Assembly (NCBI GenBank): GCA_964559215.1 | Contig: CAZLFZ010000001.1 | Coordinates: 3,985-67,984, forward strand | Direction: 5' to 3' | DNA: 64,000 nt | Source: an uncultured archaeon | GTDB lineage: Archaea; Aenigmatarchaeota; Aenigmatarchaeia; QMZP01; JAFGSV01 | Shown: positions 57,033-64,000 of the stretch, piece after piece | Numbering within the stretch: the stretch's first letter is position 1 | How the letters are laid out: each line of letters begins with the position of its first letter | Notes under the pieces: model-generated | The model's input: only the letters and a program-made list of their open reading frames with translations | What the model was told of the DNA's origin: nothing | Database searches by the model: none | Made by a program: the position numbers and the translations under genes

Positions 57033-57928
57033 TATCCAGCACCCCTTGACTCGCAATACCACCTGAGCAACACAGAGTTAAGCAGCCATGTGTTCACGAT
57101 ATCGACGGAAAGGCCGATGAATATCACGCTCGCTATCTGAACCAGCACCGGAGGCAACGGTATGACTAGCAGGGCCGCAACCGCCCCTATGCTCGTGAAC
57201 GTCATGGTCAGGCCGGTTTTCAGCGCCCTGAGTATCTTTTCGTTCATGCTGAGCCCCTCTTCCGATTCCCTCAGCAGCCTGCTGGTGAGCATGATGTCTG
57301 TGTCTACCGAGTATCCTATCAACATGAGCAATGCCCCGAGAGACGCCAGACTGAATTCTATGCCGAAGACCTGCATCATGGCGAGGGTGACTATGATATC
57401 AGAAGCGGCCGATATCACGATTGCTATCGACGGCACGAATGTCCTGAAAACCACAAAGGCTACTATTCCCATCAGGATGAATGCTATGATTATGCCTGTT
57501 TGTGCCTGGGACCAGAACATCGATCCCAGGCTCGGCCCTATGTTTTCGAGCGAAAAGTCGATTATATTGATGCCGCTGCCCTCAAGCCTGGCCATAACCA
57601 TGGTATAGTTGACGCTGGCATCCATCTCTATCGAAGCCCCCTGCTCACCAAAGCTTCTCAGTCCCCTAACGTTCACAGAGCCGAAATCGGGGGAAAGCAG
57701 TTCCTCCACTCCGCTGACGGAAACCGGGGACCCCGTCTTTATGGTAAGCAGCGTGCCGCCCCTCAGGTCTATGCTCCTCTTGAACCATTCTCCGGTGGTA
57801 GCGTACTGGTTGGCCAGAAAACCAGCGGAAATAAGCAGCAGGGCAATTGGTATCAGGGCTAACAGCCTGTAATCGAAACGCAAACCGAATACCTGAATAC
57901 TGTGTGCCTCTCCCATCTTAACCATCAT
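57032..57928 (-). CDS. secF: Protein-export membrane protein SecF
   Basis: 'IDLRGGTLLTI' box and a 6-TM C-terminal region. 298 aa. Directly upstream of secD. Confidence 0.7.
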   Translation of the reverse strand: MMVKMGEAHSIQVFGLRFDYRLLALIPIALLLISAGFLANQYATTGEWFKRSIDLRGGTLLTIKTGSPVSVSGVEELLSPDFGSVNVRGLRSFGEQGASIEMDASVNYTMVMARLEGSGINIIDFSLENIGPSLGSMFWSQAQTGIIIAFILMGIVAFVVFRTFVPSIAIVISAASDIIVTLAMMQVFGIEFSLASLGALLMLIGYSVDTDIMLTSRLLRESEEGLSMNEKILRALKTGLTMTFTSIGAVAALLVIPLPPVLVQIASVIFIGLSVDIVNTWLLNSVLLRWYCESRGAG

Positions 57929-58009
57929 CCATTCCCTTGATATTCCCTCAAGTGAAGGTTTTTATTTGGCGTAATGGTATTTTAATGCAGTTGTTTTTAT
58001 TAAAATATT

Positions 58010-59107
58010 ATGTACGACATGATCGTCATTGGCGCGGGACCAGCAGGTTCATATCTTGCGTCACTTTGCTCTTCACAGATGCAAGTACTGGTTCTCGAAG
58101 AAAAAAACGTCCCTGGGAACAAGGCATGCACAGGCCTGGTGAGCGGCAGGATAAAGGAGATTCTGCCGGGATATGTGATCGACACCCCGGGGATTATCCA
58201 GCATGCCGTCAAGGGGGCAAAAATACACATTTTTGGGCATGAGTTAGAAGTGAGGAAGAAAGGTACTGCTGCGTATGTGATAGACAGGGATCTGCTGGAT
58301 AAAAGGCTTGCAGAGCATGCCTCATCAATGGGTTGCGAAATAAAATTCAAAACAAGGGTTAGAGAGATTTCGGTAATGCCTGATCGTGTCTCCGTTAAAA
58401 CCGGCAAGGGGGTTTTTGAATCGAAATTGGTGGCAGGATGTGGCGGAGCGCGTTCAGTCGCGGCAAAATACATCGGCGCGAAACCAGCAGAATTGCTCAA
58501 TGGCCTTGTTTTATACGTGAATGAGGAAGACCGGTCTGATTGCGTTGAGATGTGGTTTGGCGGGCAAAAAGCAAGAGACGGCTTTTGCTGGAGGATACCC
58601 AGAGGCTCGCAGACGGAATTCGGCGCGATGGGAAAGAATCTTAGCTTTTCCTGGGTAGAAAAGTTTTTTGGATTGGAAAAGGAAAAAATAGTGCAAAGAG
58701 GGGCTGCTCCGATACCCATCGGGCTCGTCAGGTCCTTTTCAAACCGGCTTCTGCTCGTGGGGGATTCGGCATGCCAGACCAAGCCATGGTCAGGGGGTGG
58801 GGTAATCTATGGTCTGCTTGCTGCCCAAGTTGCATCAAAAATTATCAAGCATGCCGTTGGAAATAACGAGTTTAGCGAAAATTTCTTGTCAGAATACGAG
58901 GCCGGATGGAAAAAAATCTTGCTCAAAGACATACAGGCCGGGCTTATGTTCAGGCAATTGTACAAGGATCTGCCTGGGGACGAAGTCTCGAAACTCATCA
59001 AAAAATTGTCTGCGCTGAAAACTTCAGAGAATAAGACGGATTTCGATTTTCCCTTTTCCAGTCTGTTAAATGAAATTGGTGGTGTTGGTGATGTCATTGG
59101 AACCTGA
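58010..59107 (+). CDS. Geranylgeranyl reductase family protein (digeranylgeranylglycerophospholipid reductase-like)
   Basis: 'MYDMIVIGAGPAGSYLA' FAD motif. 'GDSACQTKPWSGGGVIYGL' is the GGR family C-terminal box. 365 aa. Confidence 0.7.
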   Translation: MYDMIVIGAGPAGSYLASLCSSQMQVLVLEEKNVPGNKACTGLVSGRIKEILPGYVIDTPGIIQHAVKGAKIHIFGHELEVRKKGTAAYVIDRDLLDKRLAEHASSMGCEIKFKTRVREISVMPDRVSVKTGKGVFESKLVAGCGGARSVAAKYIGAKPAELLNGLVLYVNEEDRSDCVEMWFGGQKARDGFCWRIPRGSQTEFGAMGKNLSFSWVEKFFGLEKEKIVQRGAAPIPIGLVRSFSNRLLLVGDSACQTKPWSGGGVIYGLLAAQVASKIIKHAVGNNEFSENFLSEYEAGWKKILLKDIQAGLMFRQLYKDLPGDEVSKLIKKLSALKTSENKTDFDFPFSSLLNEIGGVGDVIGT

Positions 59108-59681
59108 AAAACTACGCGAACTCGAAATAGACAAAAGGTCCGGATATGGTATCCCAGACGTTGTGCGCCTGTTTTTGATAATTTCAACCAGGCCGAGCGG
59201 CAGACCTGCCCTGGTCCGGAAATTAAAACTGGGTGAGGCCACCGTGAAGACTATGATAAAGTTCCTGAAAGAGATGGACCTGGTGGAGCAGGGAACAAGG
59301 GGAGTTTATCCGACCGGCAAGGGCCTTTCATTGTTTTCGTTTTGCAGCCATTTTTCTGCTTTGACAGAGGTCGGCGTCCCAAACTTTTCAAAAAACACCG
59401 TTGCCCTGCTTGTAAAAAATTCTGCCGCCAAGGTGAAAGCCGGCATAGAGCAGAGGGACGAGGGCGTGAGGTTTGGCGCGAAGATAATCACCCTGATAAA
59501 AAAGAGCGGCGAACTCATGCTGGCGGGAGTCCCCAAGCATGAACCCCCGTATACGGAAGAGATTGAAAATTCCTTGAAAACGGAAGAAAACGACGTTGTC
59601 ATATTGTCAGGGGCAGACTCCCTGCTGGATGCGGAAAGGGGCGCTGTAGCTGCTGGGCTGGCGACAGTCTCAGAAATGTGA
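59091..59681 (+). CDS. Hypothetical winged-helix-like protein
   Basis: ORF only. 'RPSGRPALVRKLKLGEATVKTMIKFLKEMDLVEQG' looks like a wHTH. Start at the internal ATG 59091 is assumed. Confidence 0.25.
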   Translation: MSLEPEKLRELEIDKRSGYGIPDVVRLFLIISTRPSGRPALVRKLKLGEATVKTMIKFLKEMDLVEQGTRGVYPTGKGLSLFSFCSHFSALTEVGVPNFSKNTVALLVKNSAAKVKAGIEQRDEGVRFGAKIITLIKKSGELMLAGVPKHEPPYTEEIENSLKTEENDVVILSGADSLLDAERGAVAAGLATVSEM

Positions 59682-59690
59682 TGCCTCGCC

Positions 59691-60098
59691 TCATTTAATA
59701 TAAGCATGAATTGGTTGGATAACTCCAATTTCAATCAATATGATTAGGATAATCGAATAAACCAAGGAAACGACCAAATCGTTTAACAATTCCTTTATTG
59801 TATACTTGCGCTGAATTTCGGAACTTGAGATTATGTGTTTTGCCCCTTTGTGTAACATAACCAAACCTACGATATTTGTAATCCAGTATGTTGTAATAAA
59901 CGCTCCTGCAAACAATTGTTGGTTTATCCATGCAAACATTGTTGCCGCTGCCCATGCAATTGGGATGTTTACGAACAGGTCGTTCCACCAGGAAACCGGA
60001 GAGAGTATGAATCCTATAAAGCCGATAAGCGAACCATTGGCTATTCTTTTTGCTGTTTGTTTATTCATATTGTTTATAATTGGTGATAATGAATTCAA
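59691..60098 (-). CDS. Small integral membrane protein (135 aa), unknown function
   Basis: Four hydrophobic segments. No motif recognised. Confidence 0.25.
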   Translation of the reverse strand: MNSLSPIINNMNKQTAKRIANGSLIGFIGFILSPVSWWNDLFVNIPIAWAAATMFAWINQQLFAGAFITTYWITNIVGLVMLHKGAKHIISSSEIQRKYTIKELLNDLVVSLVYSIILIILIEIGVIQPIHAYIK

Positions 60099-61033
60099 AA
60101 ATTTATTATGCCGCCGTATGTCCCAAGCAAGTGCGTATTGGATAAAGGGTTTATCATGCCCGCTCCCTGATGACCATCATAGGCATTTCCAATGCCGTTG
60201 TATTGCTGCAGCAGGTTCTTGACCCTGTGGAAATCAGGAACGCCCCCGCATGAACCGTCGCTTTCCTCCGCGTATCTCCATTCGATCACATCGCCTTTTT
60301 TCAGCTTTTGCTTGTCCACGGCGCTCTCCCCTATCTCACCGTTCAGGTAGAATTCGTTGAAGTTTCCCGCAGTGCCTTCTTTTTTCTGGTTTATCGACGT
60401 GAATATCATGGTGTCGAAATCGAAATCGTATGACGCCGAAACCTCGATTCCCACTTCCACGAGTTTTCTCATGGTCATCTCGTAAACGGTTTCCCCTTCC
60501 GCATCCGCCTCGAGAACCATTCTCTGGTACGTCCTCTGGCCGTTTATCAGCTCCGGTGCCTCGTATTCTATGTTCAGCAGGCCGGGCTGCTGGTACGTCT
60601 CTCCTTCCAGCCCTTTCATCATGCCGTCAGAATATGCCTGGATTATCGTATCCCTGTATTCCGCCGTGTCTGCCTCACCGGTCAACAGGAAATCGGAGCG
60701 CAAGCTTTCTTCTTTTTCCGGGTCTTCTGCCTTGGTGATGGGCCGCTCTCCGAATTCGTTGAAAGCCGTGTCTTTGCCGTGGCCGTTATATTCCTTTTCA
60801 AGTCTCTTTTGCTCGTGCCCCATGTACACTTCCGGCATTGACAGGCTGAATTCAGAATTGTAGTCATGTGTTGCCCCTTCTTCATCTTCGTCCTCGTCAT
60901 CTTCATCGTGATTATAAAGGCTGGCTTCGTCGTTTCCGCTGTCGAGCAAGTCCTCAAGGATGCAGGACAGTTGCGGAATTTCGACGTCGTGCAGATCGTC
61001 AAGTCCCGGCCAAAATCTGGATAATTTATCCAT
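60095..61033 (-). CDS. Hypothetical protein with highly acidic N-terminal region
   Basis: 312 aa. 'HDEDDEDEDEEG' acidic tract. No motif recognised. Overlaps the downstream ORF start by 4 nt. Confidence 0.25.
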   Translation of the reverse strand: MDKLSRFWPGLDDLHDVEIPQLSCILEDLLDSGNDEASLYNHDEDDEDEDEEGATHDYNSEFSLSMPEVYMGHEQKRLEKEYNGHGKDTAFNEFGERPITKAEDPEKEESLRSDFLLTGEADTAEYRDTIIQAYSDGMMKGLEGETYQQPGLLNIEYEAPELINGQRTYQRMVLEADAEGETVYEMTMRKLVEVGIEVSASYDFDFDTMIFTSINQKKEGTAGNFNEFYLNGEIGESAVDKQKLKKGDVIEWRYAEESDGSCGGVPDFHRVKNLLQQYNGIGNAYDGHQGAGMINPLSNTHLLGTYGGIINF

Positions 61034-61112
61034 CTCTACAAAAGGAGCCTGTTATTAATAAAGGTTAAGGGTGGATTATGGGTGGACAGAAATGGCAAGG
61101 CAGGGATTTGGC

Positions 61113-61523
61113 TTACTTGACGGGCCTGAACTTGAAGCCGTACAACACGAGCCCTGATTTGTTTTGCTCTCTTATTTTTCTGAAGCATGCCTCAACGGAC
61201 ATTCCTATCTGAACCTCTTCCGGCTTGCAGTCAACCAGCTGGGAAACAACCCTTGCGCCCTCTTCCAGCTCGACTATTGCCATTAGGTAAGGAATGAAGA
61301 TCTCGAATCCCGTTGGCGGCGTCCTTACCACGGTGAAAGAATAAACGCTTCCCTTGCCTGAAAATCTGTGCTCCGACATCTTTCCCTTTCGTCTGCATGC
61401 AGGGCATATCACCCTGCCAGGAAAGAAATACCTGCCACAAAGCTCGCACTTGGAGCCTACAAGCCCGTAGCGTTCCCTGAAAGCCCTCCAGTGAAATGCG
61501 ACTGCCTTTTCTTCCATTAGCAC
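61113..61523 (-). CDS. DUF35 zinc-ribbon/OB-fold protein (scaffold partner of archaeal thiolase and HMG-CoA synthase)
   Basis: 'CELCGRYFFPGRVICPACRRKG' rubredoxin-like ribbon followed by an OB-fold region. It is the last gene of the HMGCS-thiolase-DUF35 operon, with 4-nt and 7-nt overlaps. Confidence 0.6.
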   Translation of the reverse strand: MLMEEKAVAFHWRAFRERYGLVGSKCELCGRYFFPGRVICPACRRKGKMSEHRFSGKGSVYSFTVVRTPPTGFEIFIPYLMAIVELEEGARVVSQLVDCKPEEVQIGMSVEACFRKIREQNKSGLVLYGFKFRPVK

Positions 61524-62704
61524 ACCTTGCCCCTATTCCTTGAGAGTATGTGTATCGCCACGGTTGAGCCCGAGCCGCCGACATTGTGAGCAAGGGCCGT
61601 CTCTGCACCGTCGACCTGCCTCTTCCCGGCATCGCCTCTCAACTGCTTGACGAGTTCAACTATCTGGCCTGCGCCTGTCGCGCCTACCGGGTGGCCCTTT
61701 GCCTTCAGGCCACCGCTCGTGTTTACGGGTATGCGGCTACCGATCTGCGTCTCTCCTTCTTGCACCATCTTTCCCCCGGCACCCTTTTTGCAAAAGCCTA
61801 GGTCCTCGCAGCTAATTATCTCGTTTATGGTAAAGCAGTCATGGACTTCTGCCACGTCTATACCAGCGGGCTTGACGCCTGCCATCTGATATGCCAGTTT
61901 CGCCGCTTGTATGTTCGCGTTGATTGTGGTTATATCATGTCTCATGTACATTCCCAGCGTGTCTGATGCCTGGACCGATGCCCGGATGTATATGGGAGTA
62001 TCCGTGTATTTCCTGGCCGATTCCGCAGGGACTATTATGATACATGCAGCGCCATCGGCTATGGGAGAACAGTCCAGCAATCTCAGGGGGTCCGCCACCA
62101 GCGGCGAACGCATAACGTCGTCCACGCTGATTTTCCTGTGATACTGGGCATAGGGATTGTGCATGGCGTTGCTGTGATTTTTCACCGCGACAAGGGAGAG
62201 CTGTTCCCTCGTGGTCCCGTACTGATGCATGTGCCTCTTTGCCATCATGGCGTAAACACCCGGGAATGTCAGGCCGAAGTAAGCCTCGTTGTCCCTGTCC
62301 ATTGCGCCCGCCAGCGCCGTTGTCGCCTGGGAACCGTACACGTCTGTCATTTTCTCGGCTCCGCCGATAGCCACGCAGTCGTGCATGCCCGATGCGATGG
62401 CCATGCACCCGACCCTCAAGGCCACGCTGGAACTGGCGCATGCGGCCTCTGTCCGGATGGCTGGCTTGGGGTTAAGCCCCATGTAGTCTGCAAACAGCGC
62501 CCCTGTGTGCTCCTGACCGACGAACATGCCGCTCGACATGGAGCCTCCTACTATGAGCTCTATGTCATTTCCGGATATCTTGGCATCTTCAAGGGCCCGG
62601 ATACCCGCTTCCGTAATCAGGTCCTTCAGGCTGTAATTCCAGTGTTCACCGTATTTTGTTGTGCCAACACCGATTATGGCAATGTCCCTTTTGGGCGCCT
62701 TCAT
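61517..62704 (-). CDS. Acetyl-CoA C-acetyltransferase (archaeal thiolase)
   Basis: 395 aa. 'AACASSSVAL' active-site Cys region. C-terminal 'NVGGSG' thiolase box. Confidence 0.75.
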   Translation of the reverse strand: MKAPKRDIAIIGVGTTKYGEHWNYSLKDLITEAGIRALEDAKISGNDIELIVGGSMSSGMFVGQEHTGALFADYMGLNPKPAIRTEAACASSSVALRVGCMAIASGMHDCVAIGGAEKMTDVYGSQATTALAGAMDRDNEAYFGLTFPGVYAMMAKRHMHQYGTTREQLSLVAVKNHSNAMHNPYAQYHRKISVDDVMRSPLVADPLRLLDCSPIADGAACIIIVPAESARKYTDTPIYIRASVQASDTLGMYMRHDITTINANIQAAKLAYQMAGVKPAGIDVAEVHDCFTINEIISCEDLGFCKKGAGGKMVQEGETQIGSRIPVNTSGGLKAKGHPVGATGAGQIVELVKQLRGDAGKRQVDGAETALAHNVGGSGSTVAIHILSRNRGKVC

Positions 62705-63768
62705 CTTACAACCCCCTTCAGCTTATTTCTGAATTTCACGTACTGGGCATAACCTATGTACTCCTTGGCTGTTATCATGTCCTTAACCAACGGCGCTAGT
62801 TTTCTCTTTTCCGGAATCAAATCCGTCACCGTCATTGAAAATGAGTCGGAGCCTGCCCCTGAACCGAACGATGTGATCAGGATATTTTCCCCTGGCTTGG
62901 CTATATCCAGCACAGCCGACAGGGCAAGCAAACTGGACGCCGAATACGTGTTGCCTATCAACGGAACGAGCAAACCCGGCATAACCTTTTCCGGCGGTAT
63001 CGAAAGCGTTTTCGCTGCTTTCATTGGAAACTTGGCGTTCGGCTGGTGAAAAACAAAGTGATCATAGTCCTCAACCGTGGTTCCTGTCTTTTCCAACAAG
63101 CCCCTGGTTGCAGACAGCACGTGTGTGAAGTAGGCCGGTTCGCCCGTGAATCTCCCTCCGTGCCTGGGGAATTCCTCCCCCTCCCTGCGCCAGAAATCGG
63201 GCGTGTCCGTTGTGTAGGAGTACGTGTCCTGAATTTTTGCCAGGATGTCGTGATTTCCGAGTATAAAAGCCGCTGCCCCCGATGCCGCGGTGTACTCCAG
63301 CTCGTCTCCAGGCCGGCCCTGGGCGGTGTCAGAACCTATCGCCAGCCCGTATTTTATCCGGCCCGACTCTATGAGACCCATGACAATCTGTATGGCGGCC
63401 GTGCCCGCCTTGCAGGCGAATTCCAGGTCAGCCGCTGTAAGCTCGGGGGTCGCATCCAGGGCCTCCGCAACTATGCTCGATGTGGACTTCACCACGTAAG
63501 GATGGGATTCTGAACCGACATAGACCGCTCCAATTTTCTTTGGGTTTATGCCTGCTCTGGCAAGCGCGCTTTTACCGGCTTCCACGGCCATGGTTGCAGC
63601 GTCCTCGTCCAGGCTGCATACAGATTTTTCCCCAACGAGATTATTAGTTCTCTCATTGTCAGATCCCCAGATCTCTGCTATCGATGAGGACTTTATCCTC
63701 CATCTGGGGACGTATGCGCCGTATCCGACTATTCCAACCGTCATGATCATACCTTTATTTTTATTCAT
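62701..63768 (-). CDS. Hydroxymethylglutaryl-CoA synthase (archaeal type)
   Basis: 'VGIVGYGAYVPRWRI' archaeal HMGCS N-terminus. 'SDTAQGRPGDELEYTAASGAAAFILG'. Its stop overlaps the thiolase start. Confidence 0.75.
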   Translation of the reverse strand: MNKNKGMIMTVGIVGYGAYVPRWRIKSSSIAEIWGSDNERTNNLVGEKSVCSLDEDAATMAVEAGKSALARAGINPKKIGAVYVGSESHPYVVKSTSSIVAEALDATPELTAADLEFACKAGTAAIQIVMGLIESGRIKYGLAIGSDTAQGRPGDELEYTAASGAAAFILGNHDILAKIQDTYSYTTDTPDFWRREGEEFPRHGGRFTGEPAYFTHVLSATRGLLEKTGTTVEDYDHFVFHQPNAKFPMKAAKTLSIPPEKVMPGLLVPLIGNTYSASSLLALSAVLDIAKPGENILITSFGSGAGSDSFSMTVTDLIPEKRKLAPLVKDMITAKEYIGYAQYVKFRNKLKGVVR

Positions 63769-64000
63769 TGCTCAAGCCTCTTTTGAAAAGAAGCTTACTA
63801 CATGTTTCTATTAAAGGGCACCGTAATCTATTTAAATGTTAACCTGGGGTTCGACGATTGACTTTAATTTCTTTGCACAAAAACATTTTAGTGGAAAATT
63901 ATGCAACAAATTGGTTTTGCGCAGAGGGGGATTTCTGGATGGTCCGGAGGGTATGCAATCGAAAGGTTCGGTTATTTAATAGATGGTTCAAGATTCGGTG

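Noticed and set aside
1-64000. tRNA, rRNA and CRISPR scan
   Set aside because: I looked for T-loop boxes (GTTCGAATC/GTTCAAATC), for regularly spaced repeats and for rRNA-like segments in the intergenic regions and found none. The only structured element seen is the hairpin at 29368-29438.
1-64000. Transposase or integrase genes that would explain the insertion and islet
   Set aside because: No DDE/HTH transposase, IS200/IS605 TnpB or tyrosine/serine recombinase motifs are recognisable in any ORF. The insertions therefore cannot be assigned to a known mobile element family from this window alone.
63880-64000. Possible start of a plus-strand gene at the window end ('atgcaacaaattggttttgcgcagaggggg...')
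   Set aside because: Only about 40 codons are visible before the window ends, with no motif. This is too short to call.

Overview
This is a 64-kb archaeal chromosomal segment. The archaeal assignment rests on ribosomal protein L10e, transcription factor S, an archaeal-type signal peptidase, SecD/SecF, geranylgeranyl reductase and the HMG-CoA synthase/thiolase/DUF35 mevalonate module. About 40 kb of the window (roughly 5.9-50.2 kb) is a surface-glycan / N-glycosylation-type biosynthesis island. It holds at least eight GT2/GT4 glycosyltransferases, two large GT-C-like membrane proteins, a MOP-family flippase and two UPF0104 flippase-like paralogs. It also has a WbpA/WbpB/WbpD/WbpE-like set predicted to make UDP-2,3-diacetamido-2,3-dideoxy-glucuronic acid, a UDP-glucose 6-dehydrogenase with a UDP-glucuronate-decarboxylase-like SDR, and four SDR epimerases. 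Unusually, it carries three intact radical SAM enzymes (two B12-binding) and two intact SAM methyltransferases, with a third MTase surviving only as a C-terminal fragment. The island is littered with remnants of its own paralogs: two B12-radical-SAM fragments, a radical-SAM/SPASM pseudogene with an in-frame TAA and a frameshift, an epimerase 3' stub, and a duplicated promoter plus 5' end of the wbpB-like gene. One radical SAM remnant is split by a roughly 1.2-kb AT-rich insertion that carries an AlkA-like HhH-GPD DNA glycosylase gene and a long hairpin. The first 4.4 kb is a compositionally distinct, AT-rich islet. It encodes a 992-aa gamma-class N6-adenine methyltransferase fusion of Type IIG/IIL (MmeI-like) architecture, then a zinc-ribbon protein and a Hjc-like nuclease-fold protein with a divergent catalytic motif. 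This is a candidate restriction-modification or defense module that cannot be resolved further from the sequence. A further oddity is a PEP-synthase-like protein whose conserved phospho-carrier histidine (GGRTCH) is replaced by asparagine (GGRLCN). I found no tRNA or rRNA genes, CRISPR arrays, transposases or integrases.
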